Source: Candidatus Binatia bacterium
Lineage (GTDB): Bacteria; Desulfobacterota; Binatia; Bin18
Length of the DNA stretch: 64,000 nt
Direction of reading: 5' to 3'
NCBI GenBank assembly: GCA_963664395.2
Contig: OY761159.2
Location: 2,240,001-2,304,000 of the forward strand
Part shown: piece after piece, positions 9,835-19,809 of the stretch
Layout of the letters: every line of letters begins with the position of its first letter
Position numbering within the stretch: position 1 is the stretch's first letter
Translations under genes and position numbers: made by a program
Notes under the pieces: generated by a model
The model's database searches: none
Seen by the model: the letters and a program-made list of their open reading frames with translations, nothing else
What the model was told of the DNA's origin: nothing

Positions 9835-9905
9835 AAGAACGTATGTCCTGAGGGCAGGTCCCCTGCTCTTGTGTGTGCATCCTTGCTCTCATTTTTCTGC
9901 TTGTT

Positions 9906-10514
9906 CTAACCAGCCTGTTCCTGGGTATACGCCGGGATTAACGCTTCAATGATAAATTTTTTCACCCGCCCGGCTTCCTCTCTCCCGCCTTTTCTTCCCC
10001 GTTGCTCAAAATGAGAGTTTTGAATCTCTTGGACCGTTTCTCGAATTTCTACCTGCTGAAAATACGGAGAATTCGAGAGGTTCCGTGCAAACGTGGCAAT
10101 GGTCTGATTGTCCACGGCCTCGCCTTGAATTTTTGCCGTTCCTTTTCCCTCAGCGAAATCAGTCAACCATAAGAGGTCCGGGGTACTTCGACTTAAATCG
10201 TCAAGGATACGGACCGAGGCAGAGCGACGCTGCGGGGAGGTGAGTGAGGTGACCGCTAGTAATCTTTGCTCAAGGAGGTCCCTCTTCTTGATAAGATTGT
10301 CTACTTCTTTGTTTTCTTTACGGGTGTGTTCAATCTCGGTCTCAAGATTCACGACCTGAGCAAGTGCAGTACCGAGCTGTCGCGATTGGACCACATGGAG
10401 GCGTGCGATTGCGGCGAGAGCGAGGCACAGGATGATCCCTGCAATCGCGAATTCTTTTCTCCATACGAAGGCTGCTTCGACTTCTTGGACCGGAAGAAGG
10501 TTGATATGGATCAT
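9906..10514 (-). CDS. pilN: Type IV pilus assembly protein PilN
   Basis: MIHINLLP N-terminal motif, TM helix, LWLT, FARNLSNSPYF. Confidence 0.94.
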   Translation of the reverse strand: MIHINLLPVQEVEAAFVWRKEFAIAGIILCLALAAIARLHVVQSRQLGTALAQVVNLETEIEHTRKENKEVDNLIKKRDLLEQRLLAVTSLTSPQRRSASVRILDDLSRSTPDLLWLTDFAEGKGTAKIQGEAVDNQTIATFARNLSNSPYFQQVEIRETVQEIQNSHFEQRGRKGGREEAGRVKKFIIEALIPAYTQEQAG

Positions 10515-11617
10515 TTGTCTCCATGCCTCCTGGTCGCGAGCCCCACGCTCACGGCAAGCGAGGGGGCATGCCGCGCAAGAAAATCCGTATCAACCTGACG
10601 CCCGATATTGAACGAGCGGAAAGGGTTTGCGACTTCGACCGGAACCCGAAGGCGCGTGCCAACCGCAGAGGCGAGGCCCGCTAATTGTGCCATGCCGCCG
10701 CTCAAATAGACCGAGCCGATCTGTTCCTCAGTGGAGCCTGTCCAGAAGAAGCTCAGAGACCGCTGTATCTCATCAAGAAGCTGCTCGGAAGTGACAGACA
10801 GGATACGGTCAATATCTTCCTTGTCATGCCCTTCCAGGGAGCCTGATATTTTTGCTTCTTCCGCTTGATCCCGACTGATGCCAAACTCTTGAGCCAAGAG
10901 GTCGGTGAACTGTTCTCCTCCGACAGGAACATCGCCCGTAAAAGAGGAGCGGCCTCCTTTCATGATAGTCAGAGAGGAGTAACGGGCTCCGATGTTGACC
11001 AATGCCACTACTTCACCCGGGTCTGGGCTGTAATTGGTCTCAAACATGTTTTCAATGGCAAAATAATCCACATCCACGATAGTCGGAATAAGGCCCGCTT
11101 CGCTAATAGCGGTGAGATAGCTATTGATGATATCTTTTCTGACAGCAACAAGAAGGACATCAATATTGTCCGTTGCCGGGTCTCTACCCAGCACTTGATA
11201 GTCGAGGTTCACGTTGTCGAGACTTTCAGGAATAAAGTTCCCGGCCTCGAACAATATGGTCTCTTCTAACGAGGCTGGCTCCTGGGCGGGAAAGGAGACA
11301 GGCTTAATAATAACAGCCGGCCCAGGAACAGCAGCGACGACTTCCTTTGTTCGAACCCTATTATCCTCAACGAGGGTACGAATCGCCTGGGAAACCTGAC
11401 CGATATCTTGAACACGATGACTTTGAACTGCATCAGATTGGAGCGGTATAATACCCGCGTTCGTGACCTTGAGATTCGACCCCTGCCCATGAACTTCGAC
11501 CATCTTGATTGAGCTTGAACCGATGTCAAGGCTCAGGTAGCCTTTATTCACTTCAAGTGAAATAAGAGAAGTCAGGGGTCTGGCAAGGCGTCCAACAGTT
11601 TCTTTCAAGGTTGCCAT
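10511..11617 (-). CDS. pilM: Type IV pilus assembly protein PilM
   Basis: LDIGSSSIK actin-like fold motif, VYLSGG, VSVGLATR; ATG 11617 preceded by AGGA. Confidence 0.95.
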   Translation of the reverse strand: MATLKETVGRLARPLTSLISLEVNKGYLSLDIGSSSIKMVEVHGQGSNLKVTNAGIIPLQSDAVQSHRVQDIGQVSQAIRTLVEDNRVRTKEVVAAVPGPAVIIKPVSFPAQEPASLEETILFEAGNFIPESLDNVNLDYQVLGRDPATDNIDVLLVAVRKDIINSYLTAISEAGLIPTIVDVDYFAIENMFETNYSPDPGEVVALVNIGARYSSLTIMKGGRSSFTGDVPVGGEQFTDLLAQEFGISRDQAEEAKISGSLEGHDKEDIDRILSVTSEQLLDEIQRSLSFFWTGSTEEQIGSVYLSGGMAQLAGLASAVGTRLRVPVEVANPFRSFNIGRQVDTDFLARHAPSLAVSVGLATRRHGDK

Positions 11618-11650
11618 TGTGGTCCTAACAACTAGGTATTTCGAGTACTT

Positions 11651-11679
11651 ACTATGCAATACAAAAACTAACTTGTCAA
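11651..11679 (-). promoter_or_regulatory. Sigma70-like promoter for pilMNOPQ
   Basis: Minus strand reads TTGACA-17 bp-CATAGT, about 35 bp upstream of the pilM ATG. Confidence 0.55.
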
Positions 11680-14085
11680 ATGTTTAACACCGAATGTTTC
11701 ACGGACCCTCGTTTCGTTTCTGTTGCCCTTACTCTCCCTATTGGCGGAAGGAGCGAATTGATTTATCGCGTCCCGGATTCCCTTATTGCGCGAGTTCAAA
11801 AGGGAGTCCGCGTTATTGTTCCTGTAAGTAGCCGAAAAATAATAGGAATCATTGTCGGATTAGAAAATCAGTCGATGGGTATCGACCACAAAAAGGTAAA
11901 GGATATTCTTGATGTTATAGACGAAGTCCCTATTTTTCCTCAATACATGAGAGATGTTTGGGAGTGGGTAGCACAATATTATTTTTCTTCGCCTGGAGCT
12001 GCGCTGCAAACCATTCTTCCTCGGACAGTACGTCAGCAGAGTACGATGTTCGTAACATTGCCGAAAAAGAAAAGGAGGGGAAAGAAAGCGAATGCGGAGG
12101 AAGATGAAAGAAGCACAGACGATGATCTGAAGAAGAAACTTCTCATTGGCCGTCTGAGAGAGAATGAGAAAGGACTACTGACATACGTCACAGAAAAGAA
12201 GCGGGTGAGTGTCAGGACGTTGCAGCGACGCTTCCCTCGGTTGGCTCTGAGAGAGGCGCTTCAACACCTTGAGTCACTGAACCTGATTCGTATGGCAGAG
12301 TCTTTCCCGCGGCCTCGGACTATCCATGAATCGTATGGATCATCGCATGGAGCAATAGAGGCGGCAGGGGCCTACGCTGAAGAGAGTTCGGATAGCTCTG
12401 GGGACGACGGAGAGCAGAACCAATGGGATACCCTCTCTTTGACATCCGCTCAGCAAAACGCGCAAAGTGAGGTAGAAAATGCCCTGGCAAAAGGCGAATT
12501 TCGCGTCTTTCTCCTGCACGGTGTCACTGGCAGCGGAAAAACCGAAGTATATCTCAGGGCTGCCCGATATGCCGTGAGCCAACACAAAAGCGCCCTCTTC
12601 CTTGTCCCGGAGATCGCCCTGACCCAACAACTCGTCGCTCAGGTCCGGCAGCGTTTTGGCGGGGGCGTCGCCGTACTCCACAGCGCAATGACCGATAAGG
12701 AACGCTGGGACGAGTGGAAACGGATTGCCCGTCAAGAAGTATCCATTGTTGTCGGCGCACGTTCGGCTGTATTCGCTCCCTTGATGAATCTTGGATTGAT
12801 TATTGTAGATGAGGAACATGAAGCGGCATACAAACAGGAAGATGGGATACGCTATAATGCGAGAGATATTGCTATTGTACGGGGTAAGATATTGTCCTGT
12901 CCCGTCATCCTAGGCTCGGCGACTCCAGCCCTTGAAAGTTATACCCATAGTCAAACGCAGCACTACACTGCACTGACTCTTCCCGCTCGTGTTGCCGCAC
13001 GGCCATTACCCAAGGTTGAGATTATTGATCTCCGCAGGGAGGCCCGCGCGGGGAAAACGGCCCCTATTTTTTCAACACGCTTACAACAGGCGCTGAGGGC
13101 TACCTATCAAGCTGGCAAGCAAAGCGTCTTATTTCTGAATCGGCGCGGGTATGCGAATTACCTCCAATGTCGTCTATGTGGCGAAGCCCTCTCGTGCCCG
13201 CACTGTAGCGTAACCCTGACTTTCCATCTCCAGCGGATGGTCTTGTGTTGCCATTATTGCGGATTTACCAGACGCAGCATTGACGTATGTCCGGCGTGTA
13301 AAGAGCCTGCGCTCGATGGGAGTGGAATCGGCACAGAGCAGGTCGAAGATGCGCTGAAGCATATCCTCCCCGAGGTGCGTATTGCTCGGCTGGACCGTGA
13401 CACCGTGAAGCGAAGAGGCACACTTGACCGGGTGTTGCGGGCGTGGCGGGCGCACGAGTTTGATGTGTTAATCGGCACACAAATGGTTGCCAAAGGACAC
13501 GATGTGCCAGACGTGACTCTTGTTGGCGTGATCCTGGCCGATGTGACGCTCAACCGGCCGGACTTCCGGGCTGCAGAACGGACCTTTCAACTACTCACTC
13601 AAGTTGCGGGCAGAGCCGGACGTGGGCAAGACCTCGGAAAGGTGATTATTCAGACGTATGCGCCGAGACATTACAGTATACAATGCGCCGCCCGGCACGA
13701 CTTCGTCCGTTTTGCCGCCCAAGAACAGCGCTACCGTAAACAGCTCGGCTATCCACCCTTCACCCGTCTTATTAATGTGCGCTTCGAAGGACGAGACGGA
13801 CAACAAGTCGAGGCAACCGCCGCTCTCTTTTCGCAGAAAATTGAACAAACCCTGCAGTCCGAGGAGTTTGAATCCGCAGCTGCCGCACGCCTTCAGGTAT
13901 TGGGCCCTGCCCCTGCGCCTATCGAACGCATCAAGGGGCGGGAACGCTGGCAATTACTGGTAAAAGGTCCCAATCGTGCGCTGTTACACGCCCTCATTGG
14001 CAAAGCCCGAGACGCTTTTATGCAGGCCAAGCCGCCCCGCAGTGTGCGGACAATCATTGATGTCGATCCGTATAGCGTGGTATGA
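11680..14085 (+). CDS. priA: Primosomal protein N'
   Basis: GVTGSGKTEVY, DEEH, four CxxC pairs, GTQMVAKGHD, QVAGRAGR, IDVDP. Confidence 0.98.
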   Translation: MFNTECFTDPRFVSVALTLPIGGRSELIYRVPDSLIARVQKGVRVIVPVSSRKIIGIIVGLENQSMGIDHKKVKDILDVIDEVPIFPQYMRDVWEWVAQYYFSSPGAALQTILPRTVRQQSTMFVTLPKKKRRGKKANAEEDERSTDDDLKKKLLIGRLRENEKGLLTYVTEKKRVSVRTLQRRFPRLALREALQHLESLNLIRMAESFPRPRTIHESYGSSHGAIEAAGAYAEESSDSSGDDGEQNQWDTLSLTSAQQNAQSEVENALAKGEFRVFLLHGVTGSGKTEVYLRAARYAVSQHKSALFLVPEIALTQQLVAQVRQRFGGGVAVLHSAMTDKERWDEWKRIARQEVSIVVGARSAVFAPLMNLGLIIVDEEHEAAYKQEDGIRYNARDIAIVRGKILSCPVILGSATPALESYTHSQTQHYTALTLPARVAARPLPKVEIIDLRREARAGKTAPIFSTRLQQALRATYQAGKQSVLFLNRRGYANYLQCRLCGEALSCPHCSVTLTFHLQRMVLCCHYCGFTRRSIDVCPACKEPALDGSGIGTEQVEDALKHILPEVRIARLDRDTVKRRGTLDRVLRAWRAHEFDVLIGTQMVAKGHDVPDVTLVGVILADVTLNRPDFRAAERTFQLLTQVAGRAGRGQDLGKVIIQTYAPRHYSIQCAARHDFVRFAAQEQRYRKQLGYPPFTRLINVRFEGRDGQQVEATAALFSQKIEQTLQSEEFESAAAARLQVLGPAPAPIERIKGRERWQLLVKGPNRALLHALIGKARDAFMQAKPPRSVRTIIDVDPYSVV

Positions 14086-14147
14086 ATATGATTCATCCTG
14101 ACCTCTTAGATGGGGAAGAGAGGATGAATTACATGTAGAGGAAAGCC

Positions 14148-14693
14148 ATGATTCGCGAAATTTTAACCTTCCCGGACCCACGCCTCAAAAAGGCGGCAAG
14201 CGAAGTTGAGCATATGGACGGCAGCCTGGCTGCGCTGGTTGAGGATATGGTCCAAACCATGTACGCCGCTCCGGGTATTGGACTGGCTGCGACGCAGGTC
14301 GGCTCGCACGATCGTATTGTTGTCCTTGATGTCAATCGTGAAGAAAAAGGCAAAGACCTGCTGAAGCTGGTGAACCCCAGAATCACGGCAAGTGAAGGTT
14401 CACTCATCTGGGAAGAAGGTTGCCTCAGTGTGGTTGACTACACGGCTGAGGTCAAACGCGCTGCCAAAATTGAAGTCAAAGCTTGGACCCTGGAGCAAAA
14501 GGAGATGACTTTGCAGGCCGAAGAACTCCTCGCCGTATGCCTTCAGCACGAACTTGATCACCTTTCGGGTAAGCTCTTTATCGATCGGATCAGTCGGCTC
14601 AAACGCGAACTCTACGCCCGCCGGGTCAAAAAATCGATCCGTGAAGGCCGGCCGCTCGAACGGAGTAAAGAGAAAGAGTCTACAGGAATCTGA
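14148..14693 (+). CDS. def: Peptide deformylase
   Basis: GIGLAATQVG, EGCLS, QHELDHL. Confidence 0.98.
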   Translation: MIREILTFPDPRLKKAASEVEHMDGSLAALVEDMVQTMYAAPGIGLAATQVGSHDRIVVLDVNREEKGKDLLKLVNPRITASEGSLIWEEGCLSVVDYTAEVKRAAKIEVKAWTLEQKEMTLQAEELLAVCLQHELDHLSGKLFIDRISRLKRELYARRVKKSIREGRPLERSKEKESTGI

Positions 14694-14694
14694 G

Positions 14695-14720
14695 GGGGCG
14701 GGCTTCAAACTCGCCCCTAC
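14695..14720. repeat. REP-like palindrome (GTAG type)
   Basis: GGGGCGGG-CTTCAAA-CTCGCCCCTAC between def and fmt. Confidence 0.6.
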
Positions 14721-14748
14721 CCCTCATCCTGACGTAAGTCCGTCCAAA

Positions 14749-15732
14749 ATGTCCAGGCCGATGTCCACGCCGCTTTCCCCCCCATGTCTTTCCCGGCCGC
14801 TGCGACTGGTCTTTATGGGGACGCCGGAATTTGCCGTGCCGACGCTACAAGCCCTCCTTGAGAGCCAGGACGAAGTGGTCGGCGTGGTGTGCCAGCCGGA
14901 CAAACCCGCCGGAAGACGGCTGGACCTGCACGCACCGCCCGTCAAGGACTGCGCCCGCGCGCACGCCGTACCGGTCTTTCAGCCGCAAAAGATTCGCACC
15001 CCCGAGGCGCTCGCCTACCTCCAAGGCTGGCAGCCTGACCTCATTATTGTTGCCGCCTACGGGAAGATGTTACCCAAAGCCATTCTGGACCTGCCGCCGG
15101 CTGGCTGCATCAACGTCCATGCCTCCCTCTTACCCAAGTATCGTGGTGCCGCGCCCATTCAGTGGGCCATTGCCCGAGGCGAAACGCATTCGGGCGTCAC
15201 CATCATGCAGGTGAGCGAGCAAATGGACGCCGGGCCCATCCTGTGGCAGCAGTCGCTCGTCCTCACACCGGACGAGACCGGCCACAGCTTGCACGACCGG
15301 CTGGCCGCGCTCGGCGCGCGCACCCTGCTGGAAGCCCTGTCCCTGTGGAAACAGGGCCGGCTGGCCGCGACCGCCCAGGACGAGCACGCCGCCACCTACG
15401 CGCCCCTGCTGAAAAAAGAGGATGGAGAGATCGACTGGACCCGCTCCGCAGTCAGCATTGAGCAACGCATCCGCGCTTTTCATCCCTGGCCGTCCTCCTA
15501 CACTTGGTTGGGAAACAAACGGCTGAAAATCCTGACCGTGCGCCTGAGCACGGTTGAAGCTTCCGCTATTCCCGGTACCATCATCGACCGGCAAGACGAG
15601 TTGCTCACCGTTGCCACCGGCAAAGGCAGCCTCACACTTGACACGCTGCAACTCGAAGGCAAGAAAGCCCTGCCAGTCGCCGCCTTCCTCGCCGGCCACA
15701 ACCTCAAGCCCGGCCACCGCCTCGGCCGCTGA
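14749..15732 (+). CDS. fmt: Methionyl-tRNA formyltransferase
   Basis: FMGTPEFA, QPDKP, INVHASLLPKYRGAAPIQ, MDAGP; start is either 14749 or 14761. Confidence 0.97.
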   Translation: MSRPMSTPLSPPCLSRPLRLVFMGTPEFAVPTLQALLESQDEVVGVVCQPDKPAGRRLDLHAPPVKDCARAHAVPVFQPQKIRTPEALAYLQGWQPDLIIVAAYGKMLPKAILDLPPAGCINVHASLLPKYRGAAPIQWAIARGETHSGVTIMQVSEQMDAGPILWQQSLVLTPDETGHSLHDRLAALGARTLLEALSLWKQGRLAATAQDEHAATYAPLLKKEDGEIDWTRSAVSIEQRIRAFHPWPSSYTWLGNKRLKILTVRLSTVEASAIPGTIIDRQDELLTVATGKGSLTLDTLQLEGKKALPVAAFLAGHNLKPGHRLGR

Positions 15733-16172
15733 GCGCAGCCTGGGGCAATGTCCTTCTAATAGTGCCTCAGTGTCGGCTAGGTTGAAGAGTTGGAACCTGA
15801 GACGTTGATGAATGGGGAGTGACAAACCGATGGAAAAGGTCAAACACAACGATTGGTTGCGCGAACAACTGAGAGACCCGGGCTTTGCCGCCGAATATCT
15901 AACGGCAGCGGCAGAGGACGAAGAGCCGGCGGTATTCCTTCAGGCCCTGCGAAAGGTCGCCGAGACTCAAGGCATGGCAAAGGTCGCCAAACGGGCTGGG
16001 ATTCCACGCGAAAGCCTATACCGCATGCTCTCGGCAAAGGGCAATCCGCGTTGGTCAACGCTCGCCCCAGTGGTGCGCGCCGCAGGATTAAAGCTCGAAA
16101 TCATTCAGCCTTGATGATGTCCAGCCGCCTTCCTCGCCGGCCACAACCTCAAGCCCGGCGACCGCTTTGGCC
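15679..16172 (+). repeat. Direct repeat of the fmt 3' end (15679-15727 and 16124-16172)
   Basis: 36 bp identical (GCCGCCTTCCTCGCCGGCCACAACCTCAAGCCCGGC) followed by 13 bp with 3 mismatches. Confidence 0.9.
15830..16114 (+). CDS. Putative addiction-module antidote protein (HTH/Xre type), no adjacent toxin
   Basis: AAEYL...FLQALRKVAETQGMAKVAKRAGIPRESLYRMLSAKGNPRWSTL, typical of this antitoxin family. Confidence 0.88.
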   Translation: MEKVKHNDWLREQLRDPGFAAEYLTAAAEDEEPAVFLQALRKVAETQGMAKVAKRAGIPRESLYRMLSAKGNPRWSTLAPVVRAAGLKLEIIQP

Positions 16173-16464
16173 CGCACAGCCGGCAATATCCTTATATACC
16201 GCTGAGCCCACGCACTGGGGTCTCAATCAATGATCCTTTGAGCCACAGTGCCTCAGCTGAGGTAAGGTGGGAGTGTGTCAATGTGCAATAATGAGCGTGC
16301 TGCGATCCGTGGCGAACGCAATTACTTGTGGACCGAACCCGAGTCCTGTCAACGAGATTAAACTCAAACCTTGTGGTTCGAAGGTCCGATCCACCCAGAT
16401 CATGAACCAGGCAAGTACATTTATTCGCGGTTTCTCATGCGTAAATTCGGCGGATTGCTACTCG

Positions 16465-17100
16465 TTACCCACATTTCGAAGGCATATCCGATGCAGGACT
16501 TCCTTGGAGTTGGTTTATCGTCCTGAAGGCACGGACGTAAATCAAATGCTTTGGTGAGCAACTTCCTCCAGCGACGTACGCTTCAAGAGGCATTGTTCGC
16601 AGTGCCCCAGAATTTGGACGGACGAATTGGTCCCAGTTCGCAGAAGGTCCAATCGCGTCTACCGAGTTGGGCGCGTCCCATCCAACCGTGACCTGCTTAT
16701 TGCTCGGAGAAAGCTGGATTGTCCCCTGGCCACTCTCACCCCTGACAAATTCTTCTCCTAAGGTCACAACCGTAAAGGTCGCTTCTCCGAATTTGATCCC
16801 ATCATCGAAAATCTCTACGTGATGTTCTCCATCCCCAAGAATATTATAGTTCCAGATCGTGATGAATCCGTTCTTGCCATCATTCGCACAGGGGGCGGCG
16901 GTATCGGACCGCTCCGCCCCGTATGACTTCGGGTCCTCCATAGTTCCCCGTAATGCCCACGCCCTCGGGTGAAGGGTTCTCCAAGCCCGCCCCTGTAGAG
17001 ACAACGAAGAGTATCTGTTTCTGCTCTGGCGCATCCAAACGGCGGTCAAAACTGAAGCTTTCTTTGCTGTTGACGGGCGGGCGGGGGATGTGAAAGACAA
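16465..17100 (-). pseudogene. Degraded remnant of an extracellular beta-rich repeat-domain protein
   Basis: Protein-like pieces in two frames (GLENPS... and YGAERSDTAAPC...WNYNILGDGEH...VVTLGEEFVRG) with no convincing start. Confidence 0.5.
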
Positions 17101-17150
17101 ACAGTCGAGAATTCCGATTTGATATTCCCAATACCGCTGAAAGGAGGAGA

Positions 17151-18110
17151 ATGACTATGGCAAAACAATTCTCAATGGACGATGTCAAGGCGCTTGCCGG
17201 GAAATACAAGAATTGGGGCAAGTGGGGGGCCGACGATCAGCTTGGCACCCTCAATTATATTACCCCGCAGAAAATTATCGACGCTTCCAATCTCGTCAAG
17301 CAAGGCAAGGTAATTTCCCTCGCTATCCCGTTTGATGACAAGGGTCCTCAGACCGGCTCGTTCGGACGCTTTAACCCGATCCACTTCATGCTCCAGGATG
17401 GCGGTGATATCAGCATCGGCGCGCAGGACCATATCCCCAATCTTCAATACACGGACGACGCCGTGACCATGCCGCTCCAGTGCGCCACACAGTGGGACGC
17501 GCTGGCCCACATCCTGTACCAGGGCAAAATGTATAACGGTTTTGAGGCCAGTGAAATCACCAGCACCGGCGCAAAGAAAAACGGCATGGAAAACGCGAAA
17601 GATAAAATCGCCACGCGCGGCGTGCTGCTCGATATTCCGCGCTACAAAGGCAAGCAGTGGCTCGACCCGGGCGAGGCCATTTATCCCGCCGACCTCGACG
17701 GGGCCGCGGAGATGGGCAAGGTCAGCGTGGGGACGGGTGATATTGTCCTGATTCGGACCGGCCAGATCGGCCAGGTTCGAGCCGAGGGGAGCTGGGGTGA
17801 ATATAGCGGCGGCTCAGCTCCGGGACTCGGCGTGGATTGCGCCGCCTGGATTTGTGAGAACGAAATTGCCGGCTATGCCACGGACACGTGGGGAACCGAG
17901 GTTATTCCCAATGAAACGTCGGAAATCTTTCAGCCCCTGCATATGATCCTGATTGTCCATGCCGGCATGCTGATCGGTGAGATCTTTGATCTTGAGGGGC
18001 TGGCCGATGATTGCGCCAACGACGGCGTTTACGAATGTATGTTTGTCGCTCCACCGCTGCCGATCACGGGCGCCGTAGGTTCGCCTATCAATCCGCAAGC
18101 CATAAAATAG
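17151..18110 (+). CDS. Cyclase family (kynurenine formamidase-like) metal hydrolase
   Basis: NWGKWGADDQLGTLNYIT, TQWDALAH, RGVLLD, GDIVLIRTG, GAVGSPINP; AGGAGG RBS. Confidence 0.92.
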   Translation: MTMAKQFSMDDVKALAGKYKNWGKWGADDQLGTLNYITPQKIIDASNLVKQGKVISLAIPFDDKGPQTGSFGRFNPIHFMLQDGGDISIGAQDHIPNLQYTDDAVTMPLQCATQWDALAHILYQGKMYNGFEASEITSTGAKKNGMENAKDKIATRGVLLDIPRYKGKQWLDPGEAIYPADLDGAAEMGKVSVGTGDIVLIRTGQIGQVRAEGSWGEYSGGSAPGLGVDCAAWICENEIAGYATDTWGTEVIPNETSEIFQPLHMILIVHAGMLIGEIFDLEGLADDCANDGVYECMFVAPPLPITGAVGSPINPQAIK

Positions 18111-18130
18111 TACTCATCTGGAGAATTATT

Positions 18131-19216
18131 ATGCCAGAAGTGGCTGATTTACACTCCCAGCGCATCCAGGCCCAAGATGATCCTGTTGAGCTGCTCTACG
18201 AGCGTGGGGTCACCGATGGCCTGCCCGTCGTGCCGCCGACGGAAGAACGGGTCACCCGGATGCTGGCGGCAACGAACCGCGACCCCCAGGAACTCATTGG
18301 CGAAATCGGACCGAACTATGGCCGGGCCAGCGTAGAGAAGATTGCGATCAATGCCGTCATGGCCGGCTGCCACCCTTCGTATTTCCCGGTTGTGTTGGCT
18401 GGGGTTGAGGCCATGTGCGAAGAGCAGTTCTGCATCCACGGCATCAACGTCACGACCTTCTCCGCCACGCCTATGGTCATTATCAACGGACCGATTCGCA
18501 CTGAGATCGGCGTCAACTGCGGCCATAATGCCCTCGGCCACGGCTTTCGGGCCAATGCCACCATCGGGCGGGCGCTGCGGTTGATTATCATCAACATTGG
18601 TGGGGCCAAGCCGCACGAGATTACCAAGGCGACGCTGGGCCATCCGGCGCAGTACACATTCTGTGTGGGAGAGAATGAAGAAGACAGCCCGTGGGAGCCC
18701 CTCCACGTGGAAAAAGGCTATACCGCCGACCAGAGCACGATCACGCTCTTTGGCGGCCACTCACCCATGCAGATTAACGATCACGCCAGCCGCACGGCAG
18801 AACAATTGGCGCTGTCACTTGGCTGGACCATGGCCTCGCTGTGGAATCATAAAAACTATCCCCTGTTTTCCGATACCGTTCTGGTGGTGTGTCCCGAACA
18901 CGCCAAGACGTTTGCCCAAGACGGGTGGTCCAAGAACGATCTACGCCAATTTCTGTATGAAAACATTCGGCGGCCCCTGCGCGAACTCCGTCCGGGCGTT
19001 AATGGCGGCGAAGGCGTCGGCGTGAGCATGCTGCGTACGCCCAAGAAAGACCGCGAGCCCGCAACCGATGAGACGCTCTTTCCAAAGTTCCCTAAAGCGG
19101 AAAACATTGTTATTATCGTGGCCGGTGGCACCGCGGGGCGATTTTCCGCCGCGGTCCAGGGCTGGGCCGGATTTGATGCCGGCAGCCGGATTACAACCAA
19201 GGAGATAAAAAAGTAA
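18131..19216 (+). CDS. Conserved protein typically found next to UGSC (seleno)proteins
   Basis: TDGLPVVPPTEERV, EKIAINAVMAGC, RANATIGRALRL, ENEEDSPW, IVAGG. Confidence 0.85.
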   Translation: MPEVADLHSQRIQAQDDPVELLYERGVTDGLPVVPPTEERVTRMLAATNRDPQELIGEIGPNYGRASVEKIAINAVMAGCHPSYFPVVLAGVEAMCEEQFCIHGINVTTFSATPMVIINGPIRTEIGVNCGHNALGHGFRANATIGRALRLIIINIGGAKPHEITKATLGHPAQYTFCVGENEEDSPWEPLHVEKGYTADQSTITLFGGHSPMQINDHASRTAEQLALSLGWTMASLWNHKNYPLFSDTVLVVCPEHAKTFAQDGWSKNDLRQFLYENIRRPLRELRPGVNGGEGVGVSMLRTPKKDREPATDETLFPKFPKAENIVIIVAGGTAGRFSAAVQGWAGFDAGSRITTKEIKK

Positions 19217-19230
19217 AGAGGAGGTAGGCT

Positions 19231-19776
19231 ATGGGCGAAATGTTACTCGATCCGACCGATACGGTCGAACGTTCCCAGAAAGACTTTGCACCTCGGCTCG
19301 ACTCGCTGTCGGGGACGACCATCGGATTGCTCGATATCAGCAAATCCAAGGGCTCCTTTTTCCTTGACCGGGTGGAGGAGGTGCTGCGTGAGGAGTATGG
19401 AGTCAAAGAGGTGTTGCGGCGTATGAAGCCCACAGTCACGCGCCCGGCGCCCGAGCCTCTGCGGGTGGAGTTGCGCGAGCAGTGCGATGCCGTCATTGAA
19501 GCCCTCAGTGATTGAGGGGCCTGCATCTCGTGCAGTTCGCACGATGTCATCCACTTTGAAGAAAACGGTATCCCAACGGCAAACGTCACCACTACGGAAT
19601 TTATCGGCGCGGCCAACGCGCAGTGCTCTGCGCTGGGGATGGCCCAGTATCAGCCTATTCTGGTTGCACATCCGATTCAGCCCAAGACCAAGGACGAAGT
19701 CAGAGCTTTGGCGGACCGGGTCATTGACCAGATCGTCGGCAAGCTGCTCAAACACAAAGAACAGCAAGCCGCGTAG
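19231..19776 (+). CDS. UGSC-family selenoprotein, 181 aa, with Sec at the in-frame TGA 19513-19515
   Basis: The frame continues through TGA: ...EALSD-U-GACISCSSHDVIHFEENGIPTANVTTTEF...HPIQ...KEQQAA to TAG 19774-19776; GAGGAGG RBS. Confidence 0.9.
19513..19540 (+). promoter_or_regulatory. Candidate bacterial SECIS hairpin
   Basis: TGA GGGGC CTGCA-TCTCG-TGCAG TTC stem-loop immediately 3' of the UGA. Confidence 0.6.
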
Positions 19777-19809
19777 GCTGTGCTCGCCGCAATACAGCGG
19801 AGTTGGCAT

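Noticed and set aside
15733-15829. Cognate toxin gene upstream of the antitoxin
   Set aside because: Under 100 bp is available and no RelE/HigB-like frame is present.
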